DNA of 64,000 bases. Source: Tubiluchus corallicola (Eukaryota > Animalia > Priapulida). Shown here piece after piece: positions 13,082 to 27,125 of this stretch (positions within the stretch are counted from its first letter, which is position 1; each line of letters opens with the position of its first letter). Where the stretch lies: NCBI GenBank assembly GCA_030141605.1, contig JAQGDQ010000446.1, positions 1 to 64,000 on the forward strand, given 5' to 3'. The notes beneath the pieces were generated by a model that was given only the letters and a program-made list of their open reading frames with translations, ran no database searches and was not told the DNA's origin. Made by a program: the position numbers and the translations under genes.

Positions 13082-16026
13082 TAGTTTGCATTTCTTTTAT
13101 GATTGTTCATTCATTCGGTCAAAACTTCTCAGTGTCAGAACTCTTGCAGATCAAAAAATACATTTGTCCACAATCTGTGTTTACACTTCACTCTTTCACG
13201 GGCTATTTGTCACAAGATCAAGGGGATGTTACCCACGATGTAAAAAATTCGACATAGCAAAATGCGTACATGGAACAGATGAGGGTAAAAGGAGACATTC
13301 AGTGTGCCACGCATGTTCAAGAGAAGCATGGGAGCAGGGCAAAAAAATACAGACATTGTTGTACAGATGATTCAGAATACAAAAAATGTGAAAACTTACA
13401 TGCACTAAGAGATGATGCCAGTTCTCAGTTCAACGCACTGTTAATCAAACTGTTATATTCATTGTTATTTGCTATATTACAACTATTTTAAAGTGCTCAG
13501 TAACGTTCCACAAATGCACCGAATTGCACGACTTTAAAGCTATCTTTACCAACCAGGGGGAATTCGCTAGGAATCGAGTAACAGACAGAAATGGAGCTCA
13601 CTTGCGACTCGCCGAGCTAGCCAACAGTTAGATCAGATCTTACCAGATTAAAGTCATGTGGACCTCACAAATGCTAATTGGAACTCTTGTTTAATTGAAA
13701 CTCATGTTATTATCTACAGCAATTAGAGCAATTATCTACATGTATATAGTTAAACTTGACACCACCCTGGAGATAATACATTGTTTTAGATTCAAATCTT
13801 GTTTTATTTTATTTTATTTTTTTTTGGTAAAATTTTACACACGTGACAAGTGTCAGGCCTTATACGCCTCCTGGTGTGGAAAGTAACAGGATAATTGAAG
13901 CAGAAAAATTGCAGATTTTACTCATAAAATTACTTTCTCTTTTTGTGTTTCTTGTACAAACTGACAATTAGATGAATATGCAGAATTCGTTTGTAGAAAA
14001 GAGAAAACATAGAAGATTACTATCACAATGGGGTAGTACATCAAATTATTACTGTACAAAATAACGATGTTGTATGTAAAATATTACAATCATTATTATT
14101 ATTGTGTGAAATTGTGTGTCTAGTTCTACCAAAGGTCTTTTCAAAACGTTAATTTTTTTCACTTTCACTCTTTTTTAAAATATGATTTTCTTATATATTT
14201 AATTTTTATGCAAATAACGATAACATATATAAAGAACTTATCCAGTTTTATAGATGAAAATTATGCTCAATTATTTAACAGACAACTTTAAATCACTATT
14301 TAATCTGCCATGCTAATAAGTGCCCAAATTAATCAAACTTTCTGCCAAATAAAGTGTAGCTGACTTGATGACTTTTTAGTGAATTCGCTACCCTATTTCG
14401 TTGACTTTATAATTACTTTATTAACACATTTATTACTCTAATTAGGTTTGTATATTTTTATTACATGTATACGTTTCTGAAATGTTAATGAGAAAAATAA
14501 ACTTGATTTGATTGGATTTTGATTTACGACAGAGGAGCAATATTGAAAGTTACTATCCCTATACCGTAGCTCACTTACATGTGTATTTAAAGATGTTCTG
14601 CATTGTTACGTACCTTTAGCATTCGATGCTGCTACTTGATTTATAGCATTTGTATTGCTATTCTGTATGCTGTCAAACGTAATTCTCGTTGAAAAGAAAA
14701 AACACAATAAAATGAAATTGCAGTGCTTTTAAACAAATTAAACAAATTGAAAGTCTCTTGCATAAGGACATTTCAAGTCGTGTGAAAATTTCTAGCACTT
14801 TACATTACTTAAAGGGGTGGGTAGCAAAATATCAGATAGGTACAACATCAATAATAATTATCAACTGCAGCGGTGACATAGCACCGCTCTCAACGCATAT
14901 AAAGTACTGAAGTTGATGTCGTATTACCTTATAATACTCTTTATCAGTAACGAGATTAAACATTCCAACCTCTAAAGGCCAATAAATCCTTGATGTTTGC
15001 TGCTTTTTGGAAAATTCCGACCTCAAGCAGCTAAGTCAGCAGTTTTTATGCGTAACGTTATTACGATGTTTGTAGAACACGGCTTGTGTTTCAATCAAAC
15101 GCATGTAAAGCAATTAATAACATGTAAAACATTTTTTTTAAATTGTATTTATTTGTTTATCCATTCAGTGTTACGAATAGAATTACAATTTCATTATTCT
15201 GTTGATAAATTTAACATGCTTCCGCGCAGAAGTGCCATAAGTGTAGCTGACATTAGCTTCAGTTACGTCCAACATCCTACATACGACTTAGCTACAGCAG
15301 ATGAAAAGAATAAACAACAAAAACTAATAGGTGAATTAACAAAATAATGTTGATGATGACAACAATGATGGCGATATTAACAATGACAGCTAAATAATGG
15401 TTATAATGGTGACGATTGTGACATATCAGTAATAATAAAGATAATTGATTCTAGCGATAAAGATGATATTGAAGCACCAAGATCGATCGATGACCTAAAC
15501 AAATTGAACAAATTTTTAAACTGGCACGAGAATCAGTATTAAAATAGCGAACGATTCAGTGAGAATTGAGTGATCAGTCGCAATATAGATCAATTAGACT
15601 GATAAGAGCCAATGATTGATTTTTTGCTTGCGTTAAATATACTTTAATTATTCTGATCTAGCATTTTGAATTTTTGCATTTTAGGTCTCTCCATAATAAT
15701 TTCTATACCTAACTTATTCCATGGTTGACTGTGACAGTTTTAACAACAAATTTAAGAAAAAAAGCGAATTTAAAATAAACATATATATTATTATTATTTC
15801 ATATTATATGTGCTTCATTGCTTTGTTAATACGTGTAAAATGTATACGTGAATTATCAACATACAAAACTTGTACTTTTAAAAGTACTCTTCAATAACTA
15901 GCTGTATATCATGTGTCCTGTATTCTGAATCTACTACATACTAGGCACTGTCGTAGAATACCCATAAAGAGGCTGACCCATGTGCCCTGCAGACTGCTCT
16001 CCTGCGTACTGTGTTTGTTGTTGAAC

Positions 16027-18266
16027 TTACATTCCTCGTGTAGCCAAAACTCCACTTGGTTGGTCAGGTGCATAATATACAACTCCTGGAATATTCCCTG
16101 TTCCACAGCAAACTGCCTTGCAGCAAAGGGACGCAGACAAAATAGAGGACAGCATTTCTACAGACGCTAATGCTATTTGGATCGAAAAAGCATCCTTAAC
16201 TAATATGACGGCAGTCAAATATCCCCAGTCAACCTTATAATAGTAAAATACGGCATCAGCTAAGTATACACTAGCTAAAATTAAAAGAAAGCCTGCAAAT
16301 ACGGCAGCAAGAATACTTAACACCATGAAAGAAATGATCAAGCATTTATTTTTTTGGCTAGTCCCAGCTGCACCAAGACCTAAGCCTCCGGCAATAATGA
16401 AGAAAATCCCGCACCAAATGCCAGCACCAGTGGCTGGAGTTATTGCTATTATTAATGCTATTTCCAGCATAAGTGCAACACAGCCACACAGAACCTACAA
16501 AGGCAGAAAGTTGTAACTTTACTTCGCTGACTGTCTTAATGGTTTCATATGCAAAACTTGTGACACAGCTGACCATTCCTAGGATTTTACTTCTCTGCTA
16601 GTTGTAGTGATGGGAATCGATTATCGTTTTATCTATGAAAAATCGATCTTTTTATCGATTTTCGAATCGATACAAAACAAAATTGATTTTGTTTTGTCTA
16701 TTATTGAAATGAAAAAATAAATGATTATCACCACAGAACATCGATACAAATGGAGTATCTATATTGAAATCGATATGTCATTTCAGTGATAATTGTTTGC
16801 TTTAGCAATACTAAACATATTATTTATATTATCGTGTTATTAACTTCAAAATCTGGTAGCATTAATTACATGAAATGATGCTTCGCGGTTTGCACTGTGT
16901 AGTACAGTGTGTACAATGCTTGTAGCACAATTTTGTAAACTACTTATCGAAATTGAAATCGTATCGCAATTTTTTGACATGTGCTTATCGAAATCTTACC
17001 GTAAGTTTTGCATCGATTCCCATCACTATGCTAGTTAAATATTGTGCAAAGTTGTATGGGAACATATGGAAAGATTTTAGCTAGCTGCAATAACTAGCTC
17101 TTAATTAAATTTGTAATTTAATATTGATTACTAGGAATCATTTTGGTAAATAAACCTATTATATATTACCAGGTAATAAAATGCATATTTCAGCCCGAAG
17201 GTTAAAATGAGCTTAAAAACAACATTTGAATTCATTTCAAGTCAGTTAGCACATGCTCAAGCATGAAAAAACATAAATAAGTCTTGCATGAACCAGGTCT
17301 GATGCATCTACAAGAAGGAGCACTGCCACCAATTACTAGATATCAATTTTCCATTCCAGATTTCTTTACTGCTGAAGTTACATTTTATTTTTACAAATCA
17401 ACTAATTGATCTTGCATGAAATATTGCAGCCATATCTTGGCTAGCACTCCAGAATTTTCCCTAACGAACCTCATTTGATGTCAATTCTGCAGCTTCCACA
17501 CATCAAAGGTCAGTTGCTACATTAAATCTACTTCTAAAAATGATGCCCTTAAGATCTATCGTCATTGGTTCCCAAAGTCCCACTAATTTATTCATAAAGG
17601 CCAACCTCATTTTTCCTGACGCCTTGCCAAGATTACAGATTTGTGAAATATACAGAAGCCAAGTGGTACGGCAGTTGTCAGTCGATCAGGACTTTATGGG
17701 TTCGAATGCCATTCATGTCGAGATGCTTCGAATCATGTTTCAAACAGATATAAATGTTTAGCCTTAACTTGACTGTTGAGCCTTAATTTGACTACATGGT
17801 CATGCGCAGGTACGAAAAGCTGCGAAACAGTGAGATAATCACCTGTCCTTCTTTGGTACCCAGGCTACGAAAATTGATGCCCTAACCACTCACCCCAACG
17901 CCAGACCCGTCTGGCATGGGACCTCGAAGAAAATCTCTGAAAACTACAATCTCAGCCGATTCAAGACAAATGGCAAGAGATATCTCCTTGCGATTTGTGA
18001 ATTGTGTTACATTGAAAATGTGTTTTTACTCACATTTTTCTATTAAAAACTCTTACATTAAGTAGCTATTGACCTTGTCTGGGATTTGTTTCTTTTGCCT
18101 TAACTTCATTTATTCAGGCCTAAAACAATAAGTCTATATATGTTTTAATCACAGCAAGTGAAACTACCATTTTTAACTCTCAAAATATTCATACCTGTAC
18201 AACAGAAAGAATTTTTGCAAACTTTTCAGCAAACTGTAGTTGCTGAGCATCTTCTGTGTCATGCAT
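16027..18266 (-). CDS. MS4A/CD20-like four-transmembrane protein, ~179 aa; coding exons 18266-18195 and 16494-16027
   Basis: MHDTEDAQQLQFAEKFAKILSVVQ|VLCGCVALMLEIALIIA...GAGIWCGIFFIIAGGLGLGAAG...KCLIISFMVLSILAAVFAGFLLILASV...IQIALASVEMLSSILSASLCCKAVCC. Phase-0 GT/AG intron. The W.G..F..AG, E...S..S and CC motifs are typical of the CD20/MS4A family. Confidence 0.82.
16605..17028. mobile_element. hAT-like MITE in the MS4A intron
   Basis: TIR TAGTGATGGGAATCGAT...ATCGATTCCCATCACTA; flanking direct repeat TGCTAGTT. Confidence 0.8.
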
Positions 18267-18324
18267 GTCTGGTATGATTCTATGGTGTAATGGTAGCCTG
18301 TTGTAACTGAAAAACAGATAATGT

Positions 18325-18611
18325 TAATAATTATTTGTTATTTTACTAAAATCACATTTGTACCACTTAGTTAGAATCCGCTAACGCACCGTCTATTTTT
18401 ATCTGCTTTACAAAATAAAATTGAGTCGCTATAGTATTTCAATAAGACAATGTGTAACATGACACTACATACAAAATAACAATGTTAGAACTACTAAGTG
18501 TAGAATATAGAGTGAAGAATATGAAAAAAGATACCAACGTGAACTTTATGAAACTAAGCCCACACAACTGCACAAACTACTTAAGATAACCCACACTCAC
18601 ACTCACACTCA

Positions 18612-18662
<51 letters not shown>

Positions 18663-19161
18663 ACATACGAATACAAGAATGTATATTCAATATAAATTTA
18701 GCATAAAAACAAGAGTATATGTTACAAAATGAATAATAAATTGCATTATTAATTATTGCATTACAAAAGTTACTAGAATACATTACTTAATGTAGCTGAT
18801 AATTTGTTTCTATAATTTGATGATCAGGCTCAAGCAACCAACACATTATAACACTATACTAACTCTCTACAGACATAGCAGCTCACACCAATCCAAATCA
18901 GCATGAAATATCGGGGCAGTTTCTAGAGCTACAATAGCATGATAACTAATAATTATTTGTTTTTTATTAAAATCACATTTGTAGCACTTAGTTTAGGATC
19001 ACCTAATGCACCGTCTGTTTTCACCTGCTTTACAAAATAATATTGAGTCGCTATAGTATTTCAATGAGACAATGTGTAACATGACATTACGTACAAAATA
19101 ACCCTGTTAGAACTACTCAGAATGAAGAATATGAAAAGATACCAACGTGAACATTATGAAA

Positions 19162-19248
<87 letters not shown>

Positions 19249-19303
19249 TTAGCATAAAAACGAAAATATATGTTACACAATGACTAATAAATTGCATATT
19301 AAT
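18325..19303 (+). repeat. Tandem duplication (~18325-18755 and ~18947-19303), each unit with a (CA)n tract
   Basis: Direct similarity AATAATTATTTG...AAATCACATTTGTA...(CA)n...AATTTAGCATAAAAAC. Confidence 0.8.
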
Positions 19304-22300
19304 TAAGAATTTCAAAACTTACTTGGTAAGTCAACACCTTTTCGATTACAAAAATATGTACTTCCTTGAGTGATGCTGTTTTTAAACTGATTTCATCTAA
19401 AGTTGAGTTGCTTGTACGTTTGAAAATAGGTGTTATATCAAAGATCAATATTTTTGAAGTGTTTTTGCTAGCACAAAATGTGTATGACTAAATTTCTGTC
19501 AACTTAGACTCTTAGTAATGTTTGCTACAAGAATATCTTTGCTTTAACCTGAGTCAGCTTTATGAATATTCAAGTTGTTTAGTCATGTAACTTTGTCCAT
19601 TACTATATGATGTCGTGCATCTTCTTTGTGTGCTATGTAATATTCAAACAAACTACACACTCATGCGTAAGCACACAAGTAAATTTGAATTTTGAATTTT
19701 TATCTTAAAACTTGCATTGCTTCGCAAACAAGATTAAAACGCTCGTAGAATATTTTTGCTGTTGAAAATTATGTTACTTTGTGATGTCATCAATAGGTGG
19801 CCTCGCCGGCCCTTAAATAAGCTTTTAATCTATTGCTTAGTTATTAGAACCGATTTCGCAGTACTAATTGTGTTGAAATGTATACTTTTTGTCAGACTTG
19901 AAAATGGGGAAGTATATGAAAAATCATCCTATCTTCCTTTAATAATTATTTACAGAAAGTTAAAGGAAATACCACGCCTTCTGGAAGTTATTTCAGTTCC
20001 CGCAAAAAATGTTAGAAGGATTTAGTAATAAAAGTGTGTAAATAGTAAAATCACTTCAAAATCGTGATCATTTCATGCCTACTTTCAATTCAAAATGGTT
20101 ACGTTGCTAGAACGTTATAATGCGTGTAAGCTCGTGTCAGTACCTAAACCAACGACTTATCCCCTGCAGTGCACTAAAAAATTAAAGACAGTAAAAAACG
20201 AAAGCTTCCTCGGCATTGAACCTAGGCTACCCACACGAAAACCGGATAGGTTCCCCTACACCATAGAATCATGAATGTGACTCAAAATTTTACTTTTTGT
20301 GCTCACATACCAAAATGACTGGGCCTTATCCGGTTTCTTACTGTTGCTTGACGTACTTTATCATACTTGTAAACAATTAAGCGATATAAAATTTTAGAAA
20401 CAGCAGGTAAACTGGTAATAAAAAGTTAGATGTATATACGCCCAAACGAATATTAACAAAAACGGCAATACGGCTTTAATTTGGTGCGATAAACCTGAAA
20501 TAAATTTATTTTATAAAGTACAAAGATCGAAAAGAAGAAGAAACTGCAGAAATTTAGCGAGAAAATAATAATTATTAACAAACGGCAGTGATTAACAAGT
20601 AAGCAAATGAATTGAGAAAAATTGAGAAAAAATCTAGCTAGATTAAGTATTACGCATTTAAAATCTAAATTAAAGGGAAAATATACCATTGTTTATATAC
20701 AAAATATTAGCAATAGATTCCATATGAAATTAATATCGTTATTACATGATAATTAGTGCCAAAAGTAGAATCATAGAATCATTATGGCTACTAACGATTT
20801 TAGTGGCCTTATTAAAACATCACATTTGTCACTAAAAGGTAGGCGAAAATACAAGTCGAAAAAAGAACTACATGTACACTGTGACAGAGTATGTACGGAA
20901 ATGACAACAACAGGACTACAAGTATATAGAATAGATTACACAGGTGTGCGGTGATTCATTTCAAGTGGTAATGTATAGTAGGGATGTACAATCGCATTCA
21001 CATCTGGCTCCCCCAAAATGTCTAATGAGTATTTTGCACTGTTACCCAAACTTTTGAAAGGGTAGTACAAGCGCTAATTAGGCAATTAATGTTAATTAAT
21101 TAATTCCCCAACTATGGGAGCTTCGGCTGGGTCGGAATGGCTACGACGAATACCAGAGCTACCTCAGACCATGAAATACGCGTAGTGCAGTGAATCTGTA
21201 TCTCCCTAGTTTGCTAGCTGGGCTCCGCAATAAGCTGCTTCAATGTGAATATGGACCGTGGTAGGTTCGTGCAACAGACAGTGATTTTACGAGTTTGCAA
21301 GAGTTCAAGGTAATACCATACAGTACAAATCAATGTAAATACACTATCAACAGTTGTATATAAGGTTTATTAGTTAGACAAGTTGATAACCTGATGGTCT
21401 TGATAATAACAATTTTAAATAGGTTCACGCATATTGCGTTTACAATCACCCACCGAAAATTCACTGCTGTAGTGTATCAGCAGAATTCATGGTGGCTATT
21501 TACAATTCAAAGACAACTGTTCCTTTAATCAATAATATACAATCTGCAACAGTTAAGTACAAAGTTCTTGATACAAAACATATAATGAATAAGATTACTT
21601 AACTTGGGGATTGGCCCTGCAATTGGCCAAGTCCCGTTCCTAGCATGAGCCGTTCTGAGCTGCAGAGGTTGGTATTATCCAACGACGCAGATGATCACTC
21701 CACGCTGAGCAAAAGAAACGATAGCTCCTACCTTCAGAGTTCCTACCTACAATATTTCAGCGTAAGCGTTCTTGTTCTTAACAACGATAATACATGAGTC
21801 TTAGAAAATGGTCCTTATGGAACGTTAAATTCTTTTGTGTGCAAAAAAGTTCTTATTCGCAATAATGTTAATGCAAGGCCATTAGGAAAAGTTGATCTCG
21901 GACCATTGGAAAAGGAGGTTCAAGCCTACAAAGGACAGAATTTAAACAACTAATGTTCTTGCCTCAGTGATGCAGCAATTACGTGATATAAATTAATTCA
22001 GTACATCTATATACGACAGACTTGATGTATGTGATGCCGTGTGATCTGCAGTGTAAATGATTAAAATTTTAGTTGTGCTCAAGTTACGTACAATACCCCG
22101 TCGTTCATTGTATTATACGAGTGAGCCATCAAACTGCTAAGCTTATTGAAAGAGTATAGCTTATAAGGTCGTGGCGCCATCTTGTGTGAGGTGCATCAAC
22201 TGTGCATTGTTGTTGGTTGTCAACTACTCTAATAGAACAGTTGCACACTGGTCGTTCGTTTGCGTCATTTAATATTGTGTCGTATAACAATCATTGTGTA

Positions 22301-22946
22301 ATAGCAAGAACCCAAATAAACACCATAATTAAATCTACATTGTGCTCGGGTTGTTCGTTAAAGTTTGTTAATAAACTTTGTCATGTTTTTATATCGGGTG
22401 GCGCAAAAAAGTACCGAAGTTTCGACTGCAATTATAGTATTAGAAGTAAGTGCCCTGCAAAATTGAAGTTTCACAGCACGCTATTACAATACATTAGCTT
22501 TTGGCTGTGAACGTAACGAGTTTTTAGGTTTAGTAGTTTTTAAGTTATGGCCGAAAGCTTTTGTACGTTAAAAAATTAAATGCCTTGATTAAGGTATCTG
22601 GATTTGCTGAAAAACAAAGTGTACCAAGGCCACACAGAATTGCTTGTTACTGACAAACTAAAGGCACAAATTGTTGAATTCTAGACACAAGTTACCCCTT
22701 TACGGATGATAGGTTGATTTTCCATAACGTAAGTCAATCAAAAATATGTTATGAACACAAATAATTAATATTATCAAAGTCCACAGGCCAACTGTACAAT
22801 ATAGTAAAAGGCGTAAAAGGGCCAAAGATGAAATACAGAATACTAACCCGTTGAGGGTATTGGATGCCAGCCTTCTTAAAGCGGTGAAGATGGGAAAGGT
22901 CGGGTCTGGGCTAACAACCCATACCCGCAAGAAACATTGCACTGGA

Positions 22947-25900
22947 GTGTCACGGCCTTATACGCCTCCTGGTGTGGAAACTAACAGGATAATTGAAGCA
23001 GAAAAATGAGAGATTTTACTCATAAAATTACTTTCTCTTTTTGTGTTTCTTGTACAAACTGACAATTAGATGAATATGCAGAATTCGTTTGTAGAAAACA
23101 GAAAGCATAGAAGATTGCTATCACAATGGGGTAGTACATCAAATTATTACTGTACAAAATAACGATGTTGTATGTAAAATATTACTATCATCATTATTAT
23201 TGTGTGAAATTGTGTGTGTAGTTCTACTAAAGGTCTTTTCAAAACGTTAATTTTTTACACTTTCACTCTTTTTTAAAATATGATTTTCTTATATATATTT
23301 AATTTTGACGAAAATAACGATAACATATATAAAGAACTTATCAAGTTTTATAGATGAAAATTATGCTCAGTTATTTAACAGACTTTAAATCATTATTTAA
23401 TCTGCCATGCTAATAAGTGCCCAAATTAATCAAACTTTTTGCCAAATAAAGTGTAGCTGACTTGATGACTTTTAGTCAATTCGCCACCCTATTTTGTTGA
23501 CTTTATAATTACTTTATTAACACATTTACTACTCTAATTAGGTTTGTATATTTTTATTACATGTATACGTTTCTGAAATGTTGAAGAGAAAAATAATCTT
23601 GATTTGGTTTGATTTTTATTTACGACAGAGGAACAATATTGAAAGTCAATATCCCTATATCGTAGCTCACTTACATGTGTATTTAAAGATGATCTTCATT
23701 GTTACGTACCTTTAGCACTCCATGCTGCTACTTGATTTATAGCATTTGTATTGCTATTTTGTATGCTGTCAAACGTAATTTTCGCTGAAGGTATAAAACT
23801 AACGAATGTGATATTTTAGACTGATAGATAGATATTTTATTTCTGAAAATGAAATTTTTATGTGAAAATTACAAAATCTGTGTGTGCCTGGTGGTTTTAC
23901 CAGCAGGCAGAACTCGGGTAATGATTTTCAGGTCATACTAACCATTTCATCCAACATGTATGCTGCCCAAGGTATATTCACAGTTACACAATGTTATATA
24001 ACAATGTTTTATATGTTCTACAATATTATATATACAATGTTACATAGTTATGGCAAAATCTATGCATACAATCATTTAAATATAATAATATTATCCTCTC
24101 TAACTGCAGAGTGATCTACAGTAATGATAACTAAGTGTAAACGAAGTTATAGTGTTAACCGGAGTTGTAATAATAAGTAACAGTGATAGCAATATGCCAG
24201 TTGGTTCGTTAAATTTTAACATGGTTGCCGTTTCAGGTTTTGACCAGTTTAAGGGAAAAAATTCACTTTTGCTTGGTGTTTTCTCCGTATTTTGTTTATT
24301 AATAAAAATAGAAAAACAAAGTGACAAATTTAATACATTGCGTAATTATAACAAAAAAACTTAATCTTAGCAGAAAACGCAAGTCTCTGCTCGTTCTCCA
24401 CGTTCATCCGCCTAAGTAGAAAATATATTCATCCGCCTACGTAGAAAATAATCCCCACTAAGCACATTAATTAGTTACAAAATGTTCCAAACTACTAATT
24501 ATTAGGAAACTCACAATTTAACGTTTACTTATTTTTGAGAAAAAACACAATAAAATGATATTGAAGCACCAAGATCGATCGATGGCCTATAAAAATTGAA
24601 CATATTTTTGAACTGGCACGAGAATCAGTATTAAAATAGCGAACGATTCAGTGAGAATTGAGTGATCACTCGCAATATAGATCAATTAGACTGATAAGAG
24701 TCAATGATTGATTTTTTGCGGGCGTTAAATATACTTTAATTATTCTGATCTTGCATTTTGAATTTTTGTATGTTTAGGTCTCCATAATAATTTCTATACC
24801 TAACTTATTCTATGGTTGACTGTAACAGTTTTAACAACAAATTTTAGAAAAAAATAGAATTTAAAATAAGCATATACATTTTTATTTAATTTTATATGTG
24901 CTTCACTGCTTTGTTAATACGTGTAAAATGTATACGTGAATTATCAAGATTCAAAATTTGTATCTTTAAAAGTACTCTTCAATAATTAACTGTGTATTAT
25001 GTTTCCTATATTCTGAATCTACTGCATACTTGGTTTGTACCATACGCATAAAGAGGCTGACCCATGTGCCCTGCAGACTGCTATCCTGCGAACTGTGTTT
25101 GTTGTTGAACTTGCCTTCCTCGTGTAGCCAAAACTCCACTTGGCTTTAATTACTTCGCGTTGATTAACTTGACTTAGTAGGGACTTACAGATAGTCATTG
25201 ACTCATGAGCAGAATGTGTTTTGGTGGATTGGTCGTAAGATGAATTGGATGTCGCGAAGTTCGCCTTAATTGCTTCGCGTTGATTAACTTGACTTTCAAA
25301 TATCACATTGTATCTTCTTGCTCATCTCTTCATCTCATTCTCTCCCTCTTTAGGCTTGTTACAGCATTGATATAGCTTATATTTCCCTCTAATCTTACTG
25401 TACTTATTTACTTCTGAGTGACCTTTTACATTAATAGTGTTCTAGTTTTCTGTATTTAAGCTGTGTACGACAGGTCTGCTTCGAACATTTACACCTGTGG
25501 GCTAGCCAGGCTATGTTCGCTGTGTTTTAGTGTAGTGGTTTTCAGTATTGATAATTATGCTATTTGATTCAGTGATTGTACCTGCTAGTATAGTTATTAT
25601 AATATAATTCCTCGTGATTTGTTAATGATTGTTTTTTTATTGTTTGATTGAAAAAGCTAACAGGCTTAATAATTGTGGGCAAAGTTTAATTTCAGTAACA
25701 GCTCTCCCACCTATTTCATTGCCCATACATAAACGCTAAACAAAAGATGTGCGTTAACCTGGCCGAATGGCAGCCGGATCCAGAAAGGTCAAATTTGCAC
25801 AATTACGCTTTCAAGGAAGTGAAGCCAGATTTTGAATCAAGAAAGAATAAAGTAAATCACGTTTGGTTAACGAAACCAGGGCAAAGGTTTGCAAATTAAT

Positions 25901-26020
25901 TCGTGAAGTGGATTAGGTTTACGGTTCGGGGTTAAGGTTAGGGCTAAGGCTAGGGAACCGTAAACTCCATCCGAAATCGGTAAACAAAAAATGTTTTTTT
26001 GGTAACAGAATAATATTACC
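22947..26020 (+). repeat. Rearranged segmental duplicate of 13849-14718, 15463-16057 and 10986-11757
   Basis: 22947-23790 matches 13849-14690; 24555-25143 matches 15463-16057; 25250-26018 matches 10986-11757; high identity by eye. Confidence 0.9.
25007..25143 (-). pseudogene. 3' fragment of an MS4A-like paralog
   Basis: PSGVLATRGRQVQQQTQFAG*QSAGHMGQPLY matches the MS4A C-terminal region; the upstream gene is replaced by other sequence; internal TAG. Confidence 0.75.
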
Positions 26021-26219
26021 TATTCCTCATTTATAGCGCAAAGCCAGCAGCAGCTTTTACTGAATTAAAGTTATAAGCTTATAGGCAGAGTACAATGGAT
26101 GACGTCACAACAATGGCTTTGCGTCAGCAGTTTTCTAAGCGAAAATTGCCGAAAATAGAACATGTAATTAACTCATCACAGCTCCTCGGGAAGGAAGCGT
26201 CCTAAAATATAGCCCACAT

Positions 26220-26692
26220 CATTGTGTAGCCCTGTTCTTTCTCTTTCTAAAGAGCCACATATCTCCTTTCGAGAGTCCCACCAGGCGCCGTTATAACGCT
26301 TTTTCTGCAGGCTGTTTGGTCAAAATTTCGAAAAAATCGCGAGTTGGGTCCGGGAAAACGCCTGTTACGGGACGCCGTAGCCCTCTCGCAAATTCTAAAT
26401 ATGAGTACTACACCCACCGCTGAACGGGCCATCTATCCATGGCTAGCACCGCCCTCGGCCCGTTCCCGTTCTCCAGATCTCAGGCGTATAACTTTTGCAA
26501 AAAACGGCCGAAAAATGGCCTTTTTGGAGGTTTTTCGCCCCCCGTTCCTCGCGGTTCGAAAAATAAACTATCAATGGCACGACACTAGATCGAGATCTTT
26601 CGTTTGATGTATAGATCGCCACAAATGGTGCCGTCATCGAAGCTGTAGCCTCGAATCTTATATATATATATATAAAGCCCATAGCAAGAGAA
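26220..26692 (-). repeat. GC-richer dispersed repeat related to 2708-2992
   Basis: Shared blocks with 2708-2992 and an AATCTT(AT)n end. Confidence 0.45.
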
Positions 26693-26837
26693 TTAATATA
26701 TAGACTAGCAAAGGCCCCGCAAAAAAATTTACGTATTTAATGTTTTTGTAAAAACTTGTTATACTGATTTTGTGACATTTTTGTGTGAACATTAGGTAAG
26801 CTGCAGAAGTTTGAATTACATGTAGTTTAAACGGCGC

Positions 26838-27125
26838 GCGCTTACGGAAAGCTACGATGCGCTTACGGAAAGTCAGGAAGTCCCCCGGTTACAACATAAT
26901 TTTCAAACTAACGGCGGCAGCCACCACGCCTGAAAATTTCTATTCAGAGGTAGTATATTTTAACTTTATGCTTTGTATTCAAATTTCGCGCTTACGGAAA
27001 GTCACGACGCGCTTACGGAAAGTTACGAAGTCTTCCAGTTACGTCATAACTTTCAAGTGAATGGCGGCAACCACCACGCTTGAAAATTTCTATTCAGAGG
27101 TAGTATATTTCATATTTATGCTTTA
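26838..27125 (+). repeat. Tandem ~150-bp unit with GCGCTTACGGAAAG subrepeats
   Basis: Two units (26838-26975, 26987-27125), each with paired GCGCTTACGGAAAG motifs. Confidence 0.75.

Noticed and set aside
16358-16576. Alternative MS4A start implying a frameshift
   Set aside because: Explained by an intron: the acceptor at 16495 joins the upstream exon 18266-18195 in frame
22840-22945. Possible HDV-like ribozyme of an RTE 5' UTR (GGGCTAACAACCCATACCCG)
   Set aside because: I could not build the nested double pseudoknot by eye; a covariance-model search would be needed
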